A stretch of 64,000 nucleotides of DNA, taken from a virus (lineage: Duplodnaviria; Caudoviricetes). The notes beneath the pieces were generated by a model. That model ran no database searches. It saw only the letters and a program-made list of their open reading frames with translations, and was not told the origin of the DNA. The position numbers were made by a program, and so were the translations under genes. Location: the IMG/VR virus record IMGVR_UViG_3300028797_000124, positions 32,001-96,000 of that record. One strand, given 5' to 3'. Positions within the stretch are counted from its first letter, which is position 1. Each line of letters opens with the position of its first letter. This document shows, one piece after another, positions 29,565 to 38,263 of this stretch.

Positions 29565-30887
29565 ATGGAAATAAAAGATTATTTATCTTTTAAAGATGCC
29601 CATGAGAAACACGGCCTTCGTGGTCATGTTCAGGTATTCCGTGAGAACATGGAAACCGGCGAAGTTTCTCTGTGGGAAGAGAGTGATAATATAATCCCGA
29701 TATCAGGATATCAGTGGATACTGATGAAGATGTTCGGTCTTTATCTCGACTCTAAACATGATCCTTCAGATGCTTCAAGATATGAAGTTATCGATAAGGA
29801 TTCTACAATAGCGATACCTGATCTCAATGCAAGAACCTCGTTGCCAATCGGTAAGAGTGTAAGCAATTACACTACAATGACAGATGATATTTCTGCAAAT
29901 CACTTCTGTCAAGGTTTCATGATTGGTAACGGTGGTGGTGCAGAAGATGGAATCACTACTAAGAATACGGACTATTCGTTCGTAGCTCTCAGAAACCCAA
30001 TCCCATTCCAGCAGTCAAACTCCGATGGACTTCCTGCAAGCTTAGCAGGACAGTATCTCGGTGTACTGAATGGATCTGCCACAAACAATACCGAGGGTAT
30101 GGCAAAGTCTTACTACATCAAGAAGTTTGACGAGCGTCCGCACATCTACCATTCATGGTGGCGTGATAATCAGAAGTGGGATTATGTTGATCCCGTTTCT
30201 ACAACTGATCTCGGTCCTAATGCTACAACGGCAGCTAAGACAAATCGTATTGAGACATATATCGAGTGTAAACTCTCACTGTCAGATGATGACTGCTTCT
30301 CATACTTCTCAAACGAGGGCAATACAGAAACACCTGCAATCAACGAGCTTGGTCTTGTTGCATTCGATGCTGATTCTGGCGCACGTTCTACTCTCGAAGA
30401 TCTCTACAGTAAAGATATCAAACAGCTGATATCTTTTATCTTTGATAACAATCGTTCAGCTCAGGTTCTTCCCGAGATTGTACGTCTTACTGCAGAGATA
30501 CTTAATGCATTGGATAATGTGCCTTCAGGTGGATCAAATGTACCGATCTCATCTTTCGGCAATACAAATATCAATGCATTTGTTGATACATTGAGACAGC
30601 TGTCTGGTGAAACTGTTGAAACTCTCGAAGATCCAACAGTGCTTGAAGGTTATCAGGAACAGCTCTCAAATGTCAACAACATTGAAGTTACGGCTTACTA
30701 CAATCAGAAGCATGAGTTCATATATGAAGAAGATAAGTTCGTATACTATCTTTCTTCTGCAGAGTTCGATACTTTGACAACTGATGAAGCTCAGCGTATC
30801 AAGCTTGTAACTTACTATACATTCAATTCTATTCCTCTCCAGAAAAACTGGAGAACGCTCATCAACTACAGAATCTACGCTAACTAA
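29565..30887 (+). CDS. Putative baseplate protein
   Basis: RBS AAGGAGG before ATG 29565; LRGHVQVF...DNII...F.IGNGG...YY.KKF...INELGL...YRIY pattern typical of jumbo-phage baseplate subunits. Confidence 0.55.
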   Translation: MEIKDYLSFKDAHEKHGLRGHVQVFRENMETGEVSLWEESDNIIPISGYQWILMKMFGLYLDSKHDPSDASRYEVIDKDSTIAIPDLNARTSLPIGKSVSNYTTMTDDISANHFCQGFMIGNGGGAEDGITTKNTDYSFVALRNPIPFQQSNSDGLPASLAGQYLGVLNGSATNNTEGMAKSYYIKKFDERPHIYHSWWRDNQKWDYVDPVSTTDLGPNATTAAKTNRIETYIECKLSLSDDDCFSYFSNEGNTETPAINELGLVAFDADSGARSTLEDLYSKDIKQLISFIFDNNRSAQVLPEIVRLTAEILNALDNVPSGGSNVPISSFGNTNINAFVDTLRQLSGETVETLEDPTVLEGYQEQLSNVNNIEVTAYYNQKHEFIYEEDKFVYYLSSAEFDTLTTDEAQRIKLVTYYTFNSIPLQKNWRTLINYRIYAN

Positions 30888-30902
30888 GAAGGGGGTATTG
30901 TC

Positions 30903-31487
30903 ATGGGTGACAATCATGAAAATGTCAATACTCTCCTCAAGGAAGCTGGTTCAAGAGTTGCAGAGCTGGTTGCGGCGACTGTAGATCTATATAAGAAAAT
31001 CAAATGGCGGGTTGTGAAGATTGAGATTCCGATTGTACCGGAACCTTCACACCGCCCCCGCTTGTCGGGTTATCGTGTATATGTCCCTGGTGCTGCTAAG
31101 AACCAGAGATTTTTCAACAAACATGTTCTCCCCAAGTTGCATGATTTGTTCATAACAAAACCATGCAGAGTTGATCTTGACATATATTGTCCAACTCCAA
31201 AGTCTTTCAACCGTACTCAAAAGATTATTGCGGAGATGGGTCTCCTTCGTCCATGGGTAAATACTGGAGATGTCGACAACTATGCTAAGGCTGCGTTGGA
31301 CATGATCCAGCCAAACGAGAAAAGAGGACACATCGGAATAATGGAGAATGACTGTCTTGTGTACGAAATGGTCTCAAGAAAGTTCTACTCAGTTAACCCA
31401 CGTTATGAGATGACAATCACATACATGGGTGAGATACCATCCGAAATAATGAAATTACTACGTTTGAAAGGAGACGATGAATTATGA
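30903..31487 (+). CDS. rusA: RusA-family Holliday junction resolvase
   Basis: P.P..RPR N-terminal motif, GDVDNYAK..LD catalytic motif, ND..V......K.Y...PR.E..I C-terminus. Confidence 0.85.
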   Translation: MGDNHENVNTLLKEAGSRVAELVAATVDLYKKIKWRVVKIEIPIVPEPSHRPRLSGYRVYVPGAAKNQRFFNKHVLPKLHDLFITKPCRVDLDIYCPTPKSFNRTQKIIAEMGLLRPWVNTGDVDNYAKAALDMIQPNEKRGHIGIMENDCLVYEMVSRKFYSVNPRYEMTITYMGEIPSEIMKLLRLKGDDEL

Positions 31488-32497
31488 CACTGACGGAAGA
31501 GATTCTGGACAATATCGATGCATATCGTATGGAAAGCCTTGTTGCCGAAGGTGCGGTTATCAAAGCACATATGGAAGCATGCATGCGCGATATCCAGATA
31601 CAGGAAGAATATTCTGAGCTGGGCATTATCACGGAAAGCGATAAATGGGATGGAAACATCATACCCAAACGAGATGGTGAGAATATCTTAAAATACATAT
31701 TCTTTTTCATCCCTCGTTTGATCATAAATTTCTGCAGGAAAATCAAAGAATGGTGGAGCAATCGCAAAGCTGAAGCCGAGAGCAAGGCTGTTGCTGAGAT
31801 GGATGAGAAATCCATGAGTAAGGTTGCCCAGTATGCCGGACAGATATGTGCTAAGATTAATTCTTCCATAAAGGGTGGCGGTCATCTTGAATATAATGGC
31901 CATGGCTTCTCATATATGACCAGGATAAAAAGACCTGCTTCTGTACTTGACACATACAAAATGTTTGAAGAACGTTTCACCAGATACAAGGACGTTGTGA
32001 AAACATTCATTGAACAGACATCTGGTGGGGTGGCTTTAAACCCGACAGACACTAATAATTATTTGATAACAGAACTCGAGTCAGGTTCGCCGGCAATAAC
32101 AGACCTTTGTGCAGAAGACTACACGATTCCTATATCTGAGGAGGGGTATGTCGAAAACTATCCGAAGATTAAGAAGAACGTAATTCAGCTTTCCAATAAT
32201 ACAATAAAAGCTATGCAAGAAGTTGAAAACATGTACAAACTCGTTCTTGCCCATCCAAATATGTCTGGTGATAATAAGATTCTTGCAACTCGATATATGA
32301 AGCTTGTTGAAAAGATTTATAATGTCTTCGTAAGATTCGAGAATGTTGTGAATGAGGATTTACATAATGCAAACAACGCATTCAAAAATAAGAACGCCAT
32401 GATTCTCAAGTTGAGAAAGAAGATTCTTGAAGATCAAGAAACACCTACGGCAAGAGAAGACATGGAAGAAAAATTAGATAAGTGGGGTGTAAAGTAA
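31484..32497 (+). CDS. Putative inner head protein
   Basis: N-terminal acidic propeptide-like segment with RMES, VAEG and IITES motifs, then helical body. Confidence 0.5.
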   Translation: MTLTEEILDNIDAYRMESLVAEGAVIKAHMEACMRDIQIQEEYSELGIITESDKWDGNIIPKRDGENILKYIFFFIPRLIINFCRKIKEWWSNRKAEAESKAVAEMDEKSMSKVAQYAGQICAKINSSIKGGGHLEYNGHGFSYMTRIKRPASVLDTYKMFEERFTRYKDVVKTFIEQTSGGVALNPTDTNNYLITELESGSPAITDLCAEDYTIPISEEGYVENYPKIKKNVIQLSNNTIKAMQEVENMYKLVLAHPNMSGDNKILATRYMKLVEKIYNVFVRFENVVNEDLHNANNAFKNKNAMILKLRKKILEDQETPTAREDMEEKLDKWGVK

Positions 32498-32498
32498 T

Positions 32499-34421
32499 AT
32501 GGCAATAGACGATCTCAAGGAATCCTTAGGCATCGATGATGATGATTTTAAAGGATTCAAAGACGGGGTCTCAGCCTTAGACAAATCCACCGAAAAATTC
32601 CGTAAAGGTATCAAAGGTGCGAAATCTGTTGTAAAGGCTGCCCAGGGAAACATATTTGAATTCCCAGTATTCGTATCATCAAGTGTTCCACTTGATTACG
32701 CAACAGCAACAACCTCTCTTCTTGAGCAGGTATTTGCTTCATATCTGCAGATGGCAATATCTGCAAATCCTGTGATCACTGCAAAGAGTGCAAAGAACGG
32801 TACTCAGTTTGCACACCTTAAGAGCGATACCAACAAGTATCTTGAATGTGTTGATACAACATATCAAATGGACGCTTGCCACAATGTAATCGAGCTTGAA
32901 CCAGATGCTCTCGGATATCGTATTGAAGGAGATAAGTTCATTGAGTTCTCCCTTATCTCTGTAGATGACGGTGAAGCTCGTATGATCAACGAAGCGTGCA
33001 ATTATCAGCCTCTCTCCGAGTTTGATCATTTCTTCCAAGAAGCATCACAAAATAAAAAGAATCTGACACAGACAACCGTACAGAGGACTACACCCGATGG
33101 ACAAAGGATAACTCAAACTTTTGAGTATGACAACAAAGAAATGCAGCGTCTTCGTGAGAGAATTAAGAATCTTGATGATCAGATTGCAGATTTCAAAAAG
33201 CAAATCGAAGATTATGAGAACGAAGATAAAGCTAAAGCTGCAGCATCCGGTGTTGGTAATGCTGATAATTACAAATACCGAGAAGCGAAAGCGAAACTTG
33301 ACTCTCTTGAAGCTGATAAAAAGAGGCTGCAACATCAGGCATCGGATACATTTTTGAAGCGTGAGGATGATATTCGTGACGCTCAGAAGAGAATATATGA
33401 ACTCGACAAGGAGCTTAAAGAAGCTACTAATGAAGATGAGAAGAAGAAAATTCATGCTGAACGCAAGTTGGCTGAGAAGAAGCTGAAAGATTATAAGGAA
33501 GATCATAAGAATCAGCAAGACAAGATTAAAGCTGAAACAGATAAGTTGAATGCTGAGATCAAGAACATGGCTGACAAATATAATCTTGATCTTAAGAAGG
33601 ATGAGCGTGAAGCTGAAAAGTATGAGTATGAAAAATCCAATCGTAGAGCTGAAGAACGTGACATGGCAAACCGCGGACGTGTTCGTGCTCCTCAGTTCAT
33701 GGATGAAACCAAGATTCAGAAGCTCAATACTATGAAGCCTCTGATGATGACCGTGGACCTCAATGTCGAAGGCAAGGATGGTCGTATCGTTCAGGGTGTT
33801 GAATATGTGGTCGGCGTTAAGTGTCACAACCGTCTTGTCGATTCTTCAGTACTTCCCGAGGTTGTTGAATACCCGCTGAAGGAGATGAACAAGATTACCC
33901 GCAAGGCTAAGTGGCGTGCAGGTGAGCTCAAGTTCTTCAAAGATATTCTCTTCAAGATTCCTCAGAAAAAGCAGACCGCTATCGACTCACGCGATCCTAA
34001 GCGTAAGTGGTATCGTCGTTTATATGAGTTGGCTCATATAAAGGGTGATGCTCCCGCTAAGGCAATCATCAATGGTGATTCCGTTGTTAAAGCTTTCTTC
34101 AAGGATAAGCTTGGTAAATACGGTGACACTAACGGTGTAATTCCAAACGTTGCACTGGTTATCAGCAAGGCTGACGTTGATATCATCAAGCGTGAAACTA
34201 AGATCGATATGCTCAAAGGATCTTCTGCGGCTAAGTTCTGTAAGGAACTCTTCATGATCGGTATTGTTGTAATCGACAATGATGCCGAAAGTATTAAGGT
34301 TCTTCTCCCTGATCTTCATAACGATTACGAGGTTCATTCACTCGGTTCTGTAAACAAGCAGCTTTCTCTCCTTGATACTTCCGGTACCAAGACAAGAGAC
34401 ATGTTCAAATTACTTGGTTGA
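32499..34421 (+). CDS. Putative virion head protein with central coiled coil
   Basis: 640 aa; FEFPV.VS N-terminal motif, FFQEA candidate cleavage site, ~200-aa K/E-rich coiled coil. Confidence 0.55.
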   Translation: MAIDDLKESLGIDDDDFKGFKDGVSALDKSTEKFRKGIKGAKSVVKAAQGNIFEFPVFVSSSVPLDYATATTSLLEQVFASYLQMAISANPVITAKSAKNGTQFAHLKSDTNKYLECVDTTYQMDACHNVIELEPDALGYRIEGDKFIEFSLISVDDGEARMINEACNYQPLSEFDHFFQEASQNKKNLTQTTVQRTTPDGQRITQTFEYDNKEMQRLRERIKNLDDQIADFKKQIEDYENEDKAKAAASGVGNADNYKYREAKAKLDSLEADKKRLQHQASDTFLKREDDIRDAQKRIYELDKELKEATNEDEKKKIHAERKLAEKKLKDYKEDHKNQQDKIKAETDKLNAEIKNMADKYNLDLKKDEREAEKYEYEKSNRRAEERDMANRGRVRAPQFMDETKIQKLNTMKPLMMTVDLNVEGKDGRIVQGVEYVVGVKCHNRLVDSSVLPEVVEYPLKEMNKITRKAKWRAGELKFFKDILFKIPQKKQTAIDSRDPKRKWYRRLYELAHIKGDAPAKAIINGDSVVKAFFKDKLGKYGDTNGVIPNVALVISKADVDIIKRETKIDMLKGSSAAKFCKELFMIGIVVIDNDAESIKVLLPDLHNDYEVHSLGSVNKQLSLLDTSGTKTRDMFKLLG

Positions 34422-34436
34422 TGGGAGGAATGAACA

Positions 34437-35471
34437 ATGAGTATTTTCAATAAGAAAACGGTTGAAAAAGAAACCGCGATCATGGATCATATGAACCATG
34501 CGCTCGCTGAGATTTATAAGAACAAATCTGCTGATGAGTATAAGATGCGTGGTGACATATCACTTTCATCGGAGTATGCAACAATCGAAAGAATGGTATC
34601 TGACCTCAAGATTCTCAAAGGCTTTTCTTCTTCTGAAGCTGATGATATCAAGATGCTGTTTCTGACACTTCACAGACCTGTTTTCAAGAAGATGGTCTCA
34701 GAGTATCTCGCTTCTCCAAACGAAAGAAATCAGACCTTCACAACGGTATTTACCGTAGGCTACAGACTCCTTGTGGGTGAACTTTCCAGAATCTTCGCTT
34801 CAACAGAGGCAACTGATAAGGGAATCGCTTATAAGCCTGATAAGATTTCTCGTAAGGAAAACGCTAAGTGGCTTATCAAACATTTCAACAAGTCTCTTGA
34901 GCAGAGAATAGATACTTATATCCGTTCACATGCTAACAAGCAGAAACCTGTTCAGGAAGCTCTCGTTGAGATCTCGGATGGATTCGGTACAGTTGCAGGA
35001 ATCGTTGCAACAGTATTTGATGTTATCAATCTCATCTTTACTGGTGCAAAGGAACTCAATCCTGTTTCATTCATCAGTGCTATGCTGACACGTTCTTATG
35101 ATAACAAGGTCAAGAAGTTCGAAGAAGTATCAGCAATGTATAATGCTACTAAGGAAGCATATGATGAGTACATGAAGATTCCTAAGGCTGATCGTAAGGA
35201 AAAGATCGAAAGCAAGTACGTAAAGAATATTGACAAGTACAATATCAAGATGCAGAATCTTGCAGCTCAGATCGAACACTACGACTCAAGAGCTAAGGAG
35301 GAAGTAAAGGATATCAAGTCTTCTCCAAAGCCCAAGGCAACATCTGCTCCCAAGGGTGATACAACAACACCCGCAAAACCAACAGGTGATGAAACTGAAG
35401 AGACTGATACAAAGGATACTCCAAATGATGACAACGGTGGCGGAGACGACACCGGCGGATTCGATTTCTAA
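34437..35471 (+). CDS. Putative virion head protein
   Basis: PVQEA motif, helical body, acidic low-complexity C-terminus. Confidence 0.5.
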   Translation: MSIFNKKTVEKETAIMDHMNHALAEIYKNKSADEYKMRGDISLSSEYATIERMVSDLKILKGFSSSEADDIKMLFLTLHRPVFKKMVSEYLASPNERNQTFTTVFTVGYRLLVGELSRIFASTEATDKGIAYKPDKISRKENAKWLIKHFNKSLEQRIDTYIRSHANKQKPVQEALVEISDGFGTVAGIVATVFDVINLIFTGAKELNPVSFISAMLTRSYDNKVKKFEEVSAMYNATKEAYDEYMKIPKADRKEKIESKYVKNIDKYNIKMQNLAAQIEHYDSRAKEEVKDIKSSPKPKATSAPKGDTTTPAKPTGDETEETDTKDTPNDDNGGGDDTGGFDF

Positions 35472-35477
35472 AAGATT

Positions 35478-35510
35478 AAGGGCGGGGGAAACCCCGCCTA
35501 TAATTCTTTA
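35478..35510 (+). terminator. Intrinsic terminator
   Basis: GGCGGGG-gaaa-CCCCGCC followed by ATTCTTT. Confidence 0.75.
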
Positions 35511-35521
35511 TATCCGTTATA

Positions 35522-35529
35522 CATATTAT
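35522..35529 (+). promoter_or_regulatory. Possible early-type promoter (CATATTAT)
   Basis: One mismatch to TATATTAT; lies between a terminator and RBS GGGAGG. Confidence 0.4.
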
Positions 35530-35549
35530 TGATTAGGGAGGTTGATAAT

Positions 35550-35939
35550 ATGAAGATTGAGAATATCATCGATGTTATCACGTATTCCGTTCTATATTAT
35601 TACTCTTTAATCAAGAGATTTGACATAACTGATACTCTAATATCAGGAGTGAAAACATCTATCCTGCGGATGTGGAATGAATATATGTCTGATATTGAGG
35701 ATGAAGAGTATATTGATTTAATAGGCGTAATGTATGGTGAGCATACTAAAATACTTAACACTAATGACTCTAATTTGTATAAGAATATAACACATGTAAT
35801 AATCTCGTATTTTGATAAAGCTGATGTGATTGATACTGAGATGGAAGTACTGGAAATATACACGTACAACTATCTACCGGGAATGGTATTAACACACGCA
35901 CAGATATCGAAGATTATTGAGTTCTATTTAAATCAATAA
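35550..35939 (+). CDS. Hypothetical protein
   Basis: RBS GGGAGGT before ATG 35550; very AT-rich. Confidence 0.65.
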   Translation: MKIENIIDVITYSVLYYYSLIKRFDITDTLISGVKTSILRMWNEYMSDIEDEEYIDLIGVMYGEHTKILNTNDSNLYKNITHVIISYFDKADVIDTEMEVLEIYTYNYLPGMVLTHAQISKIIEFYLNQ

Positions 35940-35974
35940 ACAAGTAAACGGTATATAGAAAGGAATGATGATTA

Positions 35975-36166
35975 GTGTATTCCATAAAAATCTATGATGA
36001 AAAGGGAACGTTTATCGGTGAATTGCCAACTGCTTCTGCGAATGACATAATGAGATACATCAACAAAGGATTTGTGGTTAAAGATCTCAGCACCGGACAA
36101 CCTATAACTATGGAAGACATAAATGCATCCGTTGGTGCTTCTGATGGATTTATTGACATAGGATAA
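35975..36166 (+). CDS. Small hypothetical protein
   Basis: GTG start after AGAAAGGA; 63 aa. Confidence 0.6.
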   Translation: MYSIKIYDEKGTFIGELPTASANDIMRYINKGFVVKDLSTGQPITMEDINASVGASDGFIDIG

Positions 36167-36170
36167 GTAT

Positions 36171-36210
36171 ATAATTATTCTGGTTATGACGGATGAACGT
36201 CCGTTAATAA
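36171..36210 (+). promoter_or_regulatory. Possible promoter (ATAATTAT) with 5'-leader hairpin
   Basis: Hairpin TTATGACGGAT/GTCCGTTAATAA begins 5 nt after the motif, as at 750 and 3181. Confidence 0.45.
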
Positions 36211-36238
36211 TACAAAATTATCAAGGAGGAAAATAACT

Positions 36239-36673
36239 ATGGCAACAACAAAAGGATTCTCAATGGCTGCTTTCATTGAGTATGGTAACGGCAAGCTGAA
36301 CAACGTGTCTGGTAAGGATATGGAGATTCAGACAGCATTCAAGACAGACCTCAAGAAGGCAATCGCTCACGCAGGCTATCCTTCAAAGGACGAGATCGGC
36401 ATCATCGATGAGATCAACGATTTCGATATGTCCAACACACTCGAGTGCGTACCTACAATCGTTTCTGACTTCATGGCTGATACAGGAAGAAAGTTCGATC
36501 TCCCCGCACCTGATAAGAAGACATGCCCTGCTACAATCTACACTCAGCACGTTCCGGAGGAGACAAAGGAAGGCGTTTCCAAGCTCGGCGGCGTTGAGAA
36601 GAAGTGGACTTCAACCATTGCAGCTCACGAGGTTGTTAAGGTTAAGAACCACACAAAGGCATTCAAGAAGTAA
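36239..36673 (+). CDS. Abundant small protein, possibly HU-like DNA-binding protein
   Basis: C-terminal TQHVPEETKEG...KKWTSTIAAHEVVKVK resembles an HU beta-arm; strong codon bias; own promoter and terminator. Confidence 0.45.
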   Translation: MATTKGFSMAAFIEYGNGKLNNVSGKDMEIQTAFKTDLKKAIAHAGYPSKDEIGIIDEINDFDMSNTLECVPTIVSDFMADTGRKFDLPAPDKKTCPATIYTQHVPEETKEGVSKLGGVEKKWTSTIAAHEVVKVKNHTKAFKK

Positions 36674-36705
36674 TCTACACTAATTCGTGTCAAGATACTC
36701 ACCTC

Positions 36706-36753
36706 AGATATGTATTGGCCGGGGGATAACCCCGGCTGATATGTATCATTTTT
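36706..36753 (+). terminator. Intrinsic terminator
   Basis: GCCGGGG-gataa-CCCCGGC with an extended stem and TTTTT. Confidence 0.75.
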
Positions 36754-36767
36754 GAAAGGAGACCATT

Positions 36768-37961
36768 ATGGAAAATGAAAAGTATCCGTATCCCACAGGA
36801 AAAACCATAAGCTTATTTATGCCAGATGGCAAAGGTTTAGATGAGACGATTATGTCATTGTCAGACTCATTGTCTGGGATCGGAAAACAACAGGAATCAA
36901 TAATCAAAATGCTGCTCAACATGGATGGTACATTAATACGGCTTATAAATGAACCAACCGAAGAACAAATGATGATGGCTGTTAAACAAAACGGAATGGC
37001 AATTCAGTACATACTTCCAATGAAACAGACCGATGAAATGAAGATGGCTGCAATCGAAAGCAATCCGTTCTGTTTCGAATTTGTATATGAACCAACAATG
37101 CCGATGTGGTTAAAGGCTCTTCAGGCTGAAATGCCGGAGGATGAAGAACTTGCAAAGAAACATCCTGTGAAGGTTCTTAAACAGATTGAAATGTTACCAT
37201 ATCAAAAGCAATTATTATACACAACATTTCTTGATCAATACCCATCCGATATTAGTGTAATAGCAGATGATATATGTGAGATGGATGAGGCTGATGCTGT
37301 TGAAATATTTCAGTTTCTTTTTAAGCGCCATGGTGATGTTGTTGATGCTGATGAATGTCCCAAAAACATTATTGGAAAAATCATAGATAATGTGATGGAA
37401 GACAATCCACGATTCCTCAGATACTGCCCTGTTGAATATTGGACTATGGAAAGAATGGTTAAGCTTTTAGAATATCATGTTTGTTATCTGGACGATGTAT
37501 GCCACGTTGTCAAAGGATGGAATGATATCGGCATATCAGCACTCATCAGATATACTCTTGATATATGTAAAAACGAATCTGATATGCGGTATGTTACAAT
37601 ACTTGCACGTAACAAGATCCCATACTCAGTTGACAATATTGCAACTATTTTGGAAAGTAAAAATGCTATCAATATATTGGAAACATTGTTCGTACACTGG
37701 AACATTGATAGAGACGGTGTTGAGTATATCTTTGATAAATTCCCTATTGAAGAAATCTTTGATAATATCAGATACACGACTTTCCATGATATGACGTCTA
37801 AACTTCCACTGTTCAAGAGAATAAAGTATAGACGTATGGCGAATAAACACATCAAGGAAACTGATAAGAATGATCATTCGCGTTATGAAGAACTCACAAA
37901 CAAACCCCAAATCAATGGTGTTGAATTAAACAGCAAGGATAGTGATACAGATGGACAATAA
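36768..37961 (+). CDS. DUF4116-like helical repeat protein
   Basis: Repeats of the type TEE..M.AVKQNG.AIQYI and TDE..MAAIE.NP....FV. Confidence 0.6.
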   Translation: MENEKYPYPTGKTISLFMPDGKGLDETIMSLSDSLSGIGKQQESIIKMLLNMDGTLIRLINEPTEEQMMMAVKQNGMAIQYILPMKQTDEMKMAAIESNPFCFEFVYEPTMPMWLKALQAEMPEDEELAKKHPVKVLKQIEMLPYQKQLLYTTFLDQYPSDISVIADDICEMDEADAVEIFQFLFKRHGDVVDADECPKNIIGKIIDNVMEDNPRFLRYCPVEYWTMERMVKLLEYHVCYLDDVCHVVKGWNDIGISALIRYTLDICKNESDMRYVTILARNKIPYSVDNIATILESKNAINILETLFVHWNIDRDGVEYIFDKFPIEEIFDNIRYTTFHDMTSKLPLFKRIKYRRMANKHIKETDKNDHSRYEELTNKPQINGVELNSKDSDTDGQ

Positions 37962-38220
37962 TGAAATATTAAGAGAAATAGCCGATGAGTTACACAATCT
38001 CAATCTCAACGTAATGGAACTGACGAAGGTTCTTAAAGCGAAACAATCACCTCAGCCAATTCAAACAGATGATGAATATGAAGAGGCTATACGCATTCAC
38101 GAAGAACAGCTTGCAAGACAATCTGCGGAGATTACTGCAAAACAAATCGAATCTGATGATAAATATCTGAAACAGCAAGCTGGTCTTGATAGACAATTGA
38201 AACATCTCGGAATAATGTAA
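37951..38220 (+). CDS. Small coiled-coil hypothetical protein
   Basis: ORF 37942-38220; ATG 37951 fits RBS spacing better. Confidence 0.6.
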   Translation: MDNNEILREIADELHNLNLNVMELTKVLKAKQSPQPIQTDDEYEEAIRIHEEQLARQSAEITAKQIESDDKYLKQQAGLDRQLKHLGIM

Positions 38221-38263
38221 GAATAAGGCGGGGGCGTATGCCCCCACCCTTCTTAACTTTTTT
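38219..38263. terminator. Bidirectional terminator between convergent genes
   Basis: GGGGGC-gtat-GCCCCC flanked by a T-run on plus and ATTCTT on minus. Confidence 0.75.

Noticed and set aside
33045-33827. 260-aa hydrophobic antisense ORF and many similar shadow ORFs (e.g. 57551-58087, 24919-25473, 63510-63869)
   Set aside because: They are reverse-strand or off-frame shadows of K/E-rich or codon-biased real genes and have no RBS support.
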